The notes under the pieces are model-generated. The model was not told the origin of the DNA and ran no database searches. It saw nothing but the letters and a program-made list of their open reading frames with translations. A DNA stretch of 64,000 nt from Obrimoposthia wandeli (Eukaryota): assembly GCA_977020255.1 (NCBI GenBank), contig CDROCS010001561.1:62001-126000 (forward strand), read 5' to 3'. Of the stretch, positions 15,801-30,800 are shown one piece after another. The position numbers were made by a program, and so were the translations under genes. Position 1 is the stretch's first letter. The number at the start of each line of letters is the position of its first letter.

Positions 15801-18800
15801 GGAATTAATTCCCTACATGTGTTTACTATGAATTTAGTTTTCTTATCTTATTTTGATTGATAAACTGTTTGCTCCAATAATCTTTAAATTAATATTAATT
15901 TAACCAAAAAAAATTGGTTTTCGATATTTCAAAAGTATTTATTTTGTAAAGTAAAGGTAATTTTACATTTTCTAGCTTTTTATGTTATGGTTCTGATATT
16001 CTGCTTAATTTTGAGATCAGTCAATCAAATAAGGTAGTTAGTGAAATTGTGATTTTATTTCATTAATTGCACAATCCTTAGCATCGGCATCGATTTAAAA
16101 TGAAATATATATTCTTTAATTTCAAACTTATTTTCTTCAAGTAATTTATAATTTACTACAAAAAATAGTTTTTGAAAACTTTGTAATTTTAATAATTTTG
16201 GAAAGAAATTTATACTTTGATATTTTAAAATAATGGTACGGTAGATAAAAGTAAATCAAATAATTAAATAAATATAAAAACATAAAATTATCTTATAAAT
16301 TTTTAAAAACTTTAAACAAACTTTTTGAAGGGGATTGAAATATTGGTCGATTATTGGAACGATTTAGTTTACAGAAGTAACACACAATAAACAATCTGTA
16401 GAAATATAATAAATTTTAAATAAATACGATTATGTTTAGAAAATATTATTAGTTTGACATAAATGACTTCGAATAGAAAGATTAAAAAATTTGAAATATT
16501 TTCTTAGTTTAGCAAAATTCATTTTCACACAAATAATTGATTAAAAAAATTATAACTTTCCAAATAAATATAATTTTTAACAATTTGTAAAGTTTTACTC
16601 CAATTCCATTCAATGGGAAAATGATACTGCTAGCCTGATCAAGCCATCTAATGCTTCATAACATTCCGATGACATTCCTTTCGTACTACCATACCACATA
16701 AATTGCCCATGGTGTTCAAATCTTGAGAACAAGCTCGCCAATCCATAGAGCGAACATCTATAGCAGTTAACCATGCCTGGATACTTCCATTGTCTTGATG
16801 AAACTGAAATTATCGTATCGAACTTAAGTAAGGCGGAAGGTTTTAATTGAGTACATTTTGGTAGTCTAAACTATCAATTTCTGTTCTGGGAAAGCAAGGA
16901 GCTACACTCCATGAAATGCTGAAAGCACCACATATCATAATGTGTCCATCACCAAAATTTCGTTGACTAAAACACTGTGGAGCTTTTTTGTAAATCTCTC
17001 TAATAATAAGTGTAACTCTCTGGTCCATGTAAATTGAACTTCTTTCCGTCACTAAATATAACCTGACATATTTAGTAGAAACCATTTTACAAATATACCC
17101 TTATCAAATCTCGTTTTATCCTTCTTCGATTCTTTGAGAAATATGATTACTCTTCCCTTTAGGAAACGCTCTGAGTTGTTCTTTTTACATATTTTAATTT
17201 CTGTTTAGGCTTCTTCAAATAGTTGATGGTGAAACGGTCAAGTCCTTTCTTGTCAAATCTGTGTCAAACGTATGAATGAATTGATTGCTGTTCGATTTAT
17301 AAGACGTTCTCGGAGGTAACTAATCTTTGTTTGTTTCCCGGTTAATTTGTTTGTTCAAGATGTATCAGGATTTTTTAAATAATTACTTATAATTTAATCG
17401 AAGTGTTTAAAAATTCTCCAAATTTATCTTTGTGACTTCACAAAATACGTTTGAATTTGACTCTTCTAATTTTTTATAGAGATTACAAAAGACAATGGTT
17501 TTGTAATAATGAAGCAAACCTTTTTAGAAATGTATTTAATAAATCATAACTAAAAACTGTCAATGGCAGTTTTTTAGACAGTTAACAAATTATATTACAC
17601 ATTAATATGTATTAGTAAAATAATCTGATTTCATCTTCAAAAATACAAGTTATGCAAAGAAATGGTGTGTATATATGTTAGACCAAATTTGCGAAAACAA
17701 CAATTTTGCAAAATTGTCAATTGACTCAAGCAACAATTTTGCAAAATTGTTGTTTTTGCAAATTTGCTCTAACATATCTACTTAATTAAATCGTTAATTT
17801 GACCCATAATATTGAACCTTCAACGAAAGTCTAAAAATTTTCATTATATTTAATCGATCGAAATTAAAATGTTCAAGTACGACTTCTTAATTCAGCAGAT
17901 TTTCTTCTTTACATAATCCTTTGGAATTATATTTTTTAGAAACAGGATATATGGTAGTTAGTTTAATATCATTTTACAATCAAATTCGCGGTGTACTAAA
18001 TTTTTGTTGTTGCTTTCTTGTATTATATTTCCATAAAATGTAATTGAAAATTGATTTATTAAAAATATTCTTTTATTTATGTTGTGAGTTAGTTTTTGTC
18101 TCAAATTTTTAGTTCGAATTTAATTATATAGGGAAAAAGCAATTAAAAAACTTAATAGCTGAATGACTCTAAAGTTAACCGAAAATAAAATTAAATGCAT
18201 AAAATTTAGTAATAAGCACAATTTAGAACATTAGAGGTTCTATATAAATTATAATTCACATTAAGGGATAACGAAATATATGTCAAATATTATATTAACA
18301 TTATACTTTGCTTATAAGATGCGAATATGGTCATGACTCAGAAAAATAATAAAACAAGACTTGCAATTATCATATTACTCACTCGGTTATAAGTCAAGAT
18401 TAGATTTCCGTAATTTGTTGTTCTACAACTCGCCAACTAACCATTTAAGTCGTCTCAAATTATTCTTAATACATCTGTAAGATTAGTATTTCAACTACGA
18501 AGAAGATATGGCTCAACACCATATATTTTAAAACTCCATTGGCTACTGATAAAAGGCTAGAATTGAATTTAAATTACCTTTTTTATTCAGTAAATCACAT
18601 GTTTTAATAAGCAAACACAGATAAGTCGTCTGATAACATTTAGAAATTCAATTATATGACATAAATAAGAGAAGGGTCGCAAAAGCTTATTATAAAAGCA
18701 TCAACCACAAAACATTATGACTGAATTATGTATTCAGAATTGGCGAAATATAGAGACGTATAAACAATGCTGAAGACTTTCCCATCTTTTTCCTGTACAA

Positions 18801-21800
18801 ACGTTTGACGTAATGTGTAGATTCTGCCACTTTTTAAATATATCGTATCTTATATATTATTTTTCCAATAGATTTAAGTAACATTGTGTGCTCTGTTATT
18901 GCTAGTTAATTTTATTTGGCTAGGAAATGTCTTATGTAGTGAGGTAGAACGTTTAATATCCATTTTGTGTTATATTTATTACACCATATAATTTTCAAAT
19001 GGCTCCAGATTAAAGAAATAATCAAAATGTTGTGAAAGTCATCCAATGAAAACATAAATTATGCTCTTATTATAATACGAATAATGTTTGTCCTTCATTA
19101 TTTTTTTTTATATTTCAATTTGCTTTGTTGAATAATTTAAATGACTCTGTTAAATTTGCAAAGGCAATGTAAGAAACTTTCATTTTCTCTTTTACTTTTA
19201 TTGTTTGTCAGTGTCCATTGGAGAATATAATAATATTATAGAATAAAGAATATGCTTCTCTAAATGTAATTTTATATTATTTTGATGGATGTAGTTGAAA
19301 AAACTATCAACAAAATCTTTTTTGTCAAATTTTATTATTTAGAAAAGATGTTTTGCAAGAAACATTTTTGCAAGAAACATTTTTTAAGAACAATTTTGAT
19401 CTAAATAGGATTTATTCAATTAACCTAATATTTCTTTTAATGTAACTTACTTTGTAATTTTTGCAAAATATTGATAATTAAAATTTAATTTATACAAGCA
19501 TTTATTGCTTATAAATAAATGTAGTAAATTATATTGAATTTATATTAAATATATATATATTTATTTAATAAACTGACCAGTTGGTTCCGACTTTGATGCA
19601 GTGTGACAGCCCCGAGGTTTAATCAAAAATAGGTCCCACAATTTTGAAGAAAAAAAAGCTAAGAGTTTGCAACTTTTAATATTTTTATACGGGTTTAAAT
19701 TGAATTCGAATTAAAATTTTCTTTGACAGGCCCCCAATAATTTTTTTTTGAATTTCAGAAATTTTGCTTTAATAATTTAAAATTTAAAAATATTTCATTT
19801 TTTGACAAATTATATTTATTAAAGTCATTTTATGGTAATTAACATGTTTTTTTATAAATTGTTTAGAAATATTAATAGTTAGATAATGTTAAAAGAGGGG
19901 AAAGGATATTTGAAGTAAATGAAAATGTGCTTGTTGAAAAGGACCCAATTAAAAGAAGCAAGAATAGTGAATAATATGAAGGCCCATATAGAATAATATA
20001 ATCTGGCGTGGTAGCCAGTTATGTTTTCTATCGTATACATAATTCAAGACTTAGATTCCACAACACAATTTATATTAAATTATTTAAATAGTAATATTTA
20101 AACAAATAAATGCAAGTAGGATAAATCCGGTTTCTGATTACGTAACTTTATTCATTGAACAAAATCGCGATTTCGACATCTGATTCTGAATTGAAGGAAA
20201 TTAATAGTAGGCAATATTTTAGACCTTCATAAGTTGTGCTTTTCAAAAATATATTAAGTAATTTATAATTTTTACGGTTATGTTGATAAATTTTCTGTCA
20301 AAAATTATTTTAGAAAAATACAGGAATGAGTAATTTTTTCTATTAAAAACATTGGAATTGATTTGCATTGAAATCAAACTTCCGAAAATTTTGACGATGC
20401 TATTGTATTCTTAACTAAAAATTAAAAAAACGCGACAAATTTTTAAAACAATTTATATATATATCAGTAAACCGAGGCCAGTTTCAGATCTCTATCGTCT
20501 GCTCTGATGCAGTATTCGAGTTTACCATCCAAATGAGCTTTACAATCAGTCAGTTTAAAATTAAGTAATTACAAATAAAATTTTGACTGAAATAAACTTT
20601 AACATTTATTTTTCAATATCACCATTTGGTACCAAGACACTAGAAACGGGTTTGGAAAAGTCTCGATGGTGTCTGAATTATTTCTGTTCAAGGATTATTT
20701 TTTGTCACAAATCGATATTTTTCTTCAAACTATTTTCAAAGTTCTTTTTGCATTTAGATATTTACTACAAGCCTATTTCAAACTATATCGACGACGGGCT
20801 ACATAGTGAGGTTAAAACTAACCGCATCAAAATTCGTTTTTCATTCTATTTAGGTTTGCAACCACAGACACAAACCCCCATGTTACATGCTTAATATCAT
20901 TATAGAATAATTTTTTACCTGATTGAGAAAAGGGAGTTTCATTATTGAATTCAGGATAGAAAAAGTCACTGTCTAGGTCTCTTAAACATAACTTTTGTAA
21001 TCAATGAGCTGTGACGTGCAGCGAGTCTCTGGAGTGCTCAGAATCGGCCATGTCAACCACCTCAGATAGCACCAACAACTCGGTTGCCATGACAGCGCTC
21101 AATCGAGCACCGCGCAGTAACTACTTGCTTGTCAACTCCATCGATCTCTCCGCTTCAATAGTAGCTACTCAAAATCGAGCCAAGGCCAGAAAGAAGTTGT
21201 CAGGAGTTATTGGACCGGGTAAATTCAGTTATGAGACGATGAAAACAAAGCGTAAACTTTGGTCAAATTGATAGAAATTAGATGAATAATTATAGAAAAA
21301 TATGCTGATCAATTTAATATTTTAATGAATATAAATTAGCATTTTATTTTAAACAAAGTTGTTAGTACCCAGTATTAAAATAGCAAAGATATTGTACGTT
21401 ACATTAACATTGTCAGTTAATATAAATTAAAAAATAATTCGTGGAAATTTAAAAATGAGAATTAAAATTAACAATTTATTTAAACTTTCAATTTTCATAT
21501 GTAAATAGCTTTGTCATTAATTTAAGGAAAAATATACTACAATATATAAATTTAGTAGATGATTAATTTCCGTGATGTGAATTTAAAAATCGTCGACGAA
21601 TATACGAATTGGCTCCGGTGACCTTTCTGAGAGATAATGTTTTAGACGATGTAAATTCATAATTAAGAAAAAATTGATCCAAAGAAAAATCCATAAGCAA
21701 ATCTTTCACTAAAATAATTGTTGGTATAGTTTTCCATAATAACCCCGATGAAGAAATCTTCAGTCATTTTCTTTAGAAGAATTATATAGTAACACAAAAA

Positions 21801-24800
21801 ATTGCGACTACAGCAAGAATTATCTTAACCCTCATCGAATAAAAATTTATTTCTTGACGAAATCGTATTTTTAAATATTCTCAGTAACAAACAATTTTGA
21901 CAAAATTTAGACTTGGTAAATTAATTTTTAAATGATTTTCTTCTTTTACCTCATTAATTTCAGTGCGTACAAAGATTTCTGGAACTTCGAATATTCAAGA
22001 TTTCGGTGGAGTTCAACTTGGAGATTCCAGGTCGGTTTTTGTTTTCTTCTATAATAATAAAATGTTAAATAACTTTCTATCAACAATGTATTTCAAACAT
22101 GCCAAAATCCATTTATCCATTAAACAAACATACGTTTTAGTTCAATCAGTATAGAGAATCCTAAATAATGTGAATAATGTGATTACTTATTTTGGTTACT
22201 CACTATTTCACATACCAAATACTGTACCTGCTCTGCTACATCGATGTGCTCAGAATCGAAGCTGTTGATTGTGTACTTCAGTTTTTCTAGCACAAGACTC
22301 GGCGCGATTTCTTTTTTGCTACTCTGAACTAACTCATCGACTAACACTCATTTCAGAATCGGTAGACTCAATCAAGTCATGTTCGAATCTAATAATCAAA
22401 TATCAACAACTGCTCATATCGCTGCGGACAGAGTGAGTAATAGTAAATTAATTCGGATTATGTTTCATAATTATATATATATACATATTATTTATAACCT
22501 AATACATACTACTGATTTCTGAAGGTAGCTCATTTTAATTAAATGTAAAAAAGGTTTTCTGACAATAGTTCAAAATGATTTAAATGCTCAAAGACAATAT
22601 TATTGAAGTTCTGAAGGGATTTTAAAGAATAAATAAGAAATTTCAAACTTCATAAAATAATTCTGTTTTCTTTTTGTCGAAGAAATCAAGGGATATTTAA
22701 AGGATAGAAAGTAGTATCTTTTTTTACAAATTTAAAAACCGAAATATAACCTAAACATATATACATATATTTAAGCGCCAAAATCCAAAATTATTCTACA
22801 CATTGCACAAAGGTACATCAAACATTCGTACAGGAACTCTTCGTATTATTTCTTAACTAGAAAAGTCTGCGGCATTGTTTAATCCGTGTATATATTCTGA
22901 CAATTCATGATCCACAATTCGATCTTATTTTTGTATCACGACACGTCCTTATTTGTCATTCATCAATTAATATGATGAGAATTTCTGACATAATTTAACG
23001 TGACAAGTTTAATGGTTCTCATATCGAATCCTAGACTTAGAATAATATAAGTATTTGTTTAAAGTATCAAAAACACTACACACAATAATAAAAATATTAT
23101 CAGCACAATAGTATGAAAGCTAATAATAGAGAATGAATTATAAAACTTTCGTTGCTGGAAATGTGTCCTAAAAATCAGGTGATAGTACCAGTTCACGTTC
23201 AATGCACATTATTGCCGGACAGTTCAATCTTTTTTGTCTCGTTGTACTACAAAATAAATTTTTAAATCTCTTCACTACAGAACATAATCGTTATACATGA
23301 AAAGAAATATTCAGGGGGCAAGATGGGAAAATAAGAGTCAACTGTTTTTCGTGTAGGTGTTTACAAAGTTCAGAGGGTCTGATAAGTGATCTTTCTGCCA
23401 ACTGTTTCAAGTGGTGTCAAAGACCTTTCAAGTAAGCTTTGCAATGCTCCAAATCGTTTGCGTATTGCCTTTGCAGGGGATTAGCAGACTGCTTGATTTG
23501 TCAGGGATGTCAAGACTGATTTTACTCGGAAGGTATCGATAATATCTTCAGATGTCTATATCGCCACATAAAATACACCAATTCTAAATGAATCAAAGTT
23601 AGTCATTTGCAGAACACCATAATTATCAGTTTCAACAAAGAATGCTTTTGGTTTTTTCTGTCTATCTTGTAGTTTGTAGGTTTCAATTTTCGTGAGTTCC
23701 ATCTCAATACAGTTGTCACAAATCTGTTCGAAAAAAATAATAAGATACTAATATAAGTCCAAAATCTAATGATCACGCATTATTCAAAAGCACATCCAAA
23801 CACTCTTTTTGCAGGATCTCTGAGACTAACCCACTTATTGTATCTTGAACAAGATGTCACAGAAACTCTTAATAATGCTTCTTAAATAGGAAAGTCTTAG
23901 ATATCCTTTAGAATTATTTCGATTCTTTCAATTTATAATGCATAAAAACAATTTATGTTATAACTGCACACTATAAACTTTAAATATTTTATCTTAATTT
24001 AGTCGGAGCAAAACTAAGACTTCTTAGGTTCATATAATTTGAATTGACCTTCAATATTAATACCATAATAATAAACTGGTTTCTCATAGATGATATTTTT
24101 CTAAATAATTAGAAGTATTTTGAATTTAATTTCTGCTTTAATTGGTAGACTAGTATTTGACAAGATAATGTGTTATGAAATCTCTTTATTCAGTTGAAAT
24201 ATTGCTTTAGCAGCTTCATTCAGAATGAGTTGAAGACGACTCAATTGTTTATTGTCATATTATAGACCAATGGATTTTGAAAATTCGTTGGTGAAGTTAG
24301 CACTGAGTTTGTAACGATCATTGTAATGCTCTTATTAACAAAAAACAGTTTACAGTACTCCACGCTTAATTCGATGTCACTTTACTTTGCGTAATTTTAA
24401 AAACTTATTTGGATTTATTGATACTTTTACGATTTAAACTATAAATTGCCTCAGTCATTATATGGCTTATGCCGATGAAAATTTGTGATAATTATTTTTT
24501 TTAAATTAATCATTTACTTTTAACACTTTTTTTCATTTTAACATTTAGCAATTTCCTAAATAAGTCCCAAAACCAATATCTGTCTAGAAATTAATTTTTG
24601 ACACTAAGCGAAAGGTAAATTTGATGTATTTGGAAAAGAAAATTTTTGCAGTAATATCTATTGGAAATGAAGAAAAATAGTTAAGGATATTTGAAATTAT
24701 TATTGTTAATTGTTATGTTCTGTTTTTAGTTCGAGAGTTAAATGTGAAGCTAAATACTGTCATTGGATGGATGCAGGACTAGGGAAAGATTGTAGATAAC

Positions 24801-27800
24801 TATAAAGCTTTGCGTCAGAATTATTTAATCTAAAAAATTAAATATTTCAATATCGATAAATCGATGATGCTCTCCAAAAATGGTTTCATTTGGTACAAGT
24901 AAAATCGTTGAAATAAAGAACCAAAATTAATATAAAAGACAGAAGATTTTCCGGCTTTATTTCAAATTGAAGAATTCATATTTAGCAAAGGTTGGCTTCA
25001 AAAATTCCAAGAAAGATTGCAAGAGTACGCGGTGAAGTTTTTAGCGTTTATCCTAACACAGTTCGAGATTAGAAAGATAAACTCAGTAAAATTTGCAAAG
25101 GGTTCGAGGACAAAGACGAATACATGTTTAATACATACGGATTTCGATATGAAGTTCGGCAATAACATTTAAGAATCAAATAGTTGAAGATTGAAAGCTA
25201 AGTAAAGTAGGATTGACTCATTTATTTGGGACAAGTTATTCATTTTAAAAATGTATTCCACATGCTATAAGACAATCCATGAATCCCAAATGTTTAAAGA
25301 ATTTTCATAGGAAAAGTATAGATTTACTGGATGACGTGTGATATTTCTAACGAATGACTTTTAATAATAAATTAATTTTAAAAAAGTTTAAAGGAGAAAC
25401 CACATACTTTTTCTTGATAATTTTTCAGCCCATTCATTGAAAGGTAAGACATTTTTTTAAACAAAATATTCCAGCAATAACATATCTTATTCTGATTTTT
25501 ATATTTTCATAGTTGAAGCAACACAAGTTCCCTAATATTAGCAACTAATAACAGCTCTTACAGCAACAAGCAAACGAGTCATTCAATGGTTTGGTAATTT
25601 AGACTCTTTCTATCAAGTGACAAACCATTCTGTAAACTTTGGTGACCCTACAAACTAAACTTTTGCCTACGCAAACCACGTAGAATGTCTCTGGGAGCAG
25701 CAAACAGTCGAAAAAACCCTGAAAATGAAACACTTGGAACACTATTAGACTCACATTTGATCAACTTCATATGGAGATATCAATTGGAAACTATTAATTC
25801 CAACAATTAATATAATGTTTTTTTAATTTCTTATTTATGTTTCATTAATTATGTGTTTTGTTAATGTTTTCATTTAATATTTTTACAATGTCTTTAAATA
25901 TTTTCACACAAAAATAACTGACACGTAAAAATGAAACGGTCCTTTTATATGGTAAAATTCTATAAACAATTATTTATTCAGAATATCCTGGGTCCAGAAT
26001 TCGCGATTCGGAAATCCGAAAATAAAAGTATTTCTGCAGTGAAACCGGTTAGTTTTAAAAATCTTACAGTTTATGATTCTAAATGAATCTTTACTAATAC
26101 CCTTATTTGACCCTTATTTAAAAAAAAATTCAAAGAAATTTTCATAATGTGTTACTCACTATAATCATTTATTTATGTATGTTTTCATACAGTTAGTTGC
26201 AAAAGTAAGCAGCAATTATAAAATTTTCACAAAAAACATTGGAATAAAGAAGTTTAAAAATAGCTTGTAAAAATCTTTTGTTCCTTAATATGTATATTGA
26301 AAAAAATATTTTGTTAAATATTTATTACCAACAAAATTTTAGTAGTTTACAATTAATACACAAAAATTGAATATCATATTTAGGTGGTGGATACAAAAAT
26401 TAGAATTAAATATCATATCGTATACAATGATTAGAGGTAAGTTCATGAAATTTATTGAAATGTAAATTTTTTTCACTTAGGATATTTTAAAATATATTTC
26501 AGAATAGATCGGTGATAATGTACACCATATTCTGTTTTATGCAGTAATAGCGTTCCATACAAAAAGCTCATAAATCCTAAACAAAGAAAAAAATACACTA
26601 AAATTCATATTAGAGTCGATAAAAAGTCAGCAAAATGCCTATCAAACTTCCATAAATTAGAAAAACTAAGATACAAATAGGTAGTAAGAGTGTGTATAAT
26701 TTTCATAATTAATATAGTATTGAAAAAAGAGATAATATTATGACATGTTTATGTTTTTTAATCATTATTATCCGTCGCCATCAAACAGTATTGTGTATGA
26801 ACTAGTTCAGGGTCACTTTCATCAGAAAAATGTAATTATCTCATCAGTTCTGTGTGGTAATGACAATGCTTCGTCTTCAATTTTTGTGGGGGGTTTTCTT
26901 TGAAATTGAAATCTGTAATTAAAGATTGCACTCATGATTTGATGGTTTCTTTATAAAGTATTTGGTAGCCAGATATACAAGATTTAAACTAATGTTGTTC
27001 GTTCAAAATCATCATATTTTACAAGAAAATTAGTTTCTAGTCTGCTGTGAATAAATTATTTTTGTGTTTGTTATTGTTTATATTTGCTTAATTTTATCAT
27101 TTTCCTGATGTACTACTTACTTTTGAAGTATATTAATTTTCTAATACAAAAATACTTAAGTCGCGTATTAATTTGTAGGGTTTCATCATTTATAGTGGTT
27201 ATAATATGATTCAGAACATACAATTTAACATAATATTATGAAATTAAAGACATACGAAATACTTTTTTAATAATTTTTGAAATTTAATGAATTTTTGTAT
27301 TTTTCAATATTATCAATCACTACATTCTTTGAAAATGAATGTTTATTGTGCATGTAACCAGAGTAAACCAAAATAAACTTTAATTATTTATATTTAGAGA
27401 GTAACATTATCAGTTTTTAAAATTGATAGGTAAGATTTAATGTAAATTTATATTATGAAAATATTAATTTAAACTAAATACACAAATTATTTCTTTCGGT
27501 AATGTTTTAATATTTTATTTATAAATTATAATTTAATATTAAACATTGTAAGTCTTACTTAGATTTAAAAGTAGATACAAAAATAAAATTTAATAAAAAA
27601 TAGCGGTTTGATAAATAAAATATTAGTAACAAACATTTATTTATCACTTCCTGATTACCAATATCTAATTAAAGTAATTTGAAATAAATATATTTAAAGC
27701 AAGTTCAAATAATTTTTTGTAGTGAACGATATTTTATGTATAAGCATCATGCAATTAAATCAAATTACTGAATACGTTATAACAATGCAATTAGTAATAA

Positions 27801-30800
27801 TTAGGTATTCAATTGAACTGAAGTAAAGTGTATTTACACATCAACTAGTTATATAATGTTGCACTTTAAAAATATCAAATTTGTATTTTTAAACTTTAAA
27901 TTACATTTGTTGCAGCTACGCTACCTTAATTGTCAATATTTCACAAATATAACAGAATCAAAATTCAGAATTTTTGAAATGTAATCTTATATTTGTTTAA
28001 AATTAAAACAAATTGGAAAAAACGATTACCTATTTACTTAATCACTGTCTAGTTTAATAAGTATTTTTAAACAAAATCAACTATAAAAATTGTAGATAAT
28101 TTTAAAATAACTTAAATCGAAGAGTAACACGAAGGATATTTTAAAAAATTTAATATATAACAGGTTACTTGCAAATAAGTGTATGATGCGTTTACATTTA
28201 AATCTATCAAATCAATGAACAGATTCTGCCATATTTTTTAATAATTGAATTCGTTTTTGTCCGATTTCTCTGGATTTTATTTTATTTTGTTCTTTAACAT
28301 TACCAGTAAAGTATGTGAAGTAAGCAAAGCCTACCAACCACTCAGATAAGACGAACACGTCTCTCTAGAGCCGAAAGCAGTCGGGTCTTGAGTCTCAATG
28401 TTAGTGTTCAATTACTCTCTGGACTGACGTTGAACATCCGAGGTTTACTCAAGCATAGCACCGTCTCCACAGTGATAGAAACTGTTGGACAGGCCCACCC
28501 AGACCTGGAGTTCGTCAATTACGGTCTTTGCGTCATGATTGGTGAGTTGGGTCTTTAAATATTTTCCTGTCGGAATTCAACTTTTTCCTTATTTTATCAG
28601 AGTACACAGCTGGGAATAAAACAACTCAAATTTTTAAGATTTAAAAGCTAAAATAGGTCCAGATAATGAGATGTGTCCTGAACGCGTTTGCGGAAACCAT
28701 ATAATACTTGTCTAAATTATCATAAAAGGACTCACGGAAATGTTTTCGCCTTCAAAAAAATAATGATTATTCATATACTGATGAAAAACGTTTATCCCTT
28801 AGCCAAGTGTTCAGTGTTAAACGGGTATCTGAGACTTGTCACATACGTCCTAATTTGAAGCATCTTTAATTGCCTCTTAGTCTCAAACGTAAGGGAGGTG
28901 TAGCTGTTTTGCTACATAGTTTTTTATGTATTGTGGACTGTTACTTTCTTTGATATCTAAAAGAAATTAATATAAAAACAAAGAAATCTTTTTTTAAACA
29001 TTAAAAATAAAACATGATAAAAGCAATATATTGAAACATAAACAATACAATTAATAGTTTTTTACTATATTAAAAAAATGTAAACTTCTAAACTATCAGT
29101 AGAGTATTTGAGTTTATTTGTCGAAGAGGAACGTAATGTTTGGATTTATTGAAAATGTTTTTCCCATGTGATTTAAAAAGGTACAATATATCTGTCAGCT
29201 TTGGTAAAAACGTCTGAGTATTCATCAGTTTTATTAAGATGTAACAAAAGTTCTAACAAAAACTGAAGTAGTTAAGTAAGTATTTTTTAAAATTTATATA
29301 ATTAATCACCAAACACCATATATTTTTTTCACCATCTCTCGAAAGAACATAACCAAATTTTGATCCTATAAATTCAATAGCAAATATCCGGTTGCCTTTG
29401 TGTTCTTGGGCTTCGATCCGCCCTTAGGACCTCTTGTAATCTCGTTTGTTTGCATATATCTAAATATGAGATATCTCACGCTGTGTCTATTGATTCCTAA
29501 TTTCTGTACCAAAAGGAAATAATCCTCTCCATTCAGATAGGTGTTCACTAGTCTTTGTTGGTCCTAAAAATGGAATCATGCAAAAAGATACCCTAAAACT
29601 TACACTTCCGGTTTCTGACTTTCATGCTTTATTTGGGTATAAAATTTGAAAAAAAGTATTAACTAAGTTACCTGTATGTGTACATAGATGCGCCTGAACA
29701 TCAAGCAGCAGTAAATAAGTGCATTTTCATTAGTTTCCGTGTTGAAATTCAGATTTCGTTATGGTATTCATTTATATTCTTTGTTCTATATAAACCTAAT
29801 CCAATTGGCAAGAAATATATAATATAAAAATCATAACAAATACTATTACATGGTAAAACTTACGATTGAAATCAGCATCTAACACAACTCGATTGTGCCA
29901 TGAAAACTGTTTAATTACTTACTATAGTAGGCATCCAGTCAGAAATGTCCACGGAAGAAAAAACTGAGTGTGTTTTGTTTGTTTTATAATGTTTCTATTA
30001 AAATTTAATAGTACCGCCATTTTTAATTAAAATATATGAAGAATATCAAACATATACCCCAAGCAAAGAAATGCTGGGGAAATGGTGGAAATCCAAACAA
30101 TGTGTTTATATCCACGAAACGTCTGTTTGTGGCAGCCTAGTTTCTAATAATATTCTGCTACTATTTTCATTTTGCTGGAACGTATAAATCGAATTAAGCG
30201 AATTTTATATCCATCATAATTAGCTTCAACTGTGACTATGTCTGACGTTTGGCGCTCTGTGAACACTCATGCCATAGTTACGGACTCGGAATTGCTTCAG
30301 ACGACGAATACTTCTTTCTGCGGGTGGAGAACATTGTGGCCGACATCGCGCAATATCTGAATCGTAAGAAACCCAAAGCCGATGGCGAAAAATGTCTGCA
30401 TCTCTTTTACAGGCTGCAGTTCTATCCCACTCCGGAGTCTCTCCATGCAATGTGAGTTTACAGTTAATAACAGCAAATAATTGTTAACAACGTGGAAATT
30501 TGTGAAAATAATGATAATGTACAAATGTCGAAACAGAGCTCGATGTTTGATAAAGCAATTGTTCGATCTGTTAACTACAGTTAAGCCACAATAGAAAACT
30601 AAACGATAAATGGTACACTCGTTGTAACTTACTAAATTGAATCTAGAAAGTTACTAGATAAATTACGGCTTAATATTCCAAGAAATAAAATTAAGTTACT
30701 AAATAATCTAGTTACATTTTCCTCTATGTAATACGAACAATCGGACAGCCACAGTCCGATTAAGTACTAAATATGTATGTAATAATTATTGGAAAACGAT

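Noticed and set aside
20465-20570. Possible exon near 20.5 kb
   Set aside because: I found no acceptor, donor and frame combination that I could support.
25510-25760. Slightly GC-richer stretch as an extra pre-FERM exon
   Set aside because: Stops or weak splice sites in the frames I checked, and the flanking exons join in phase without it.
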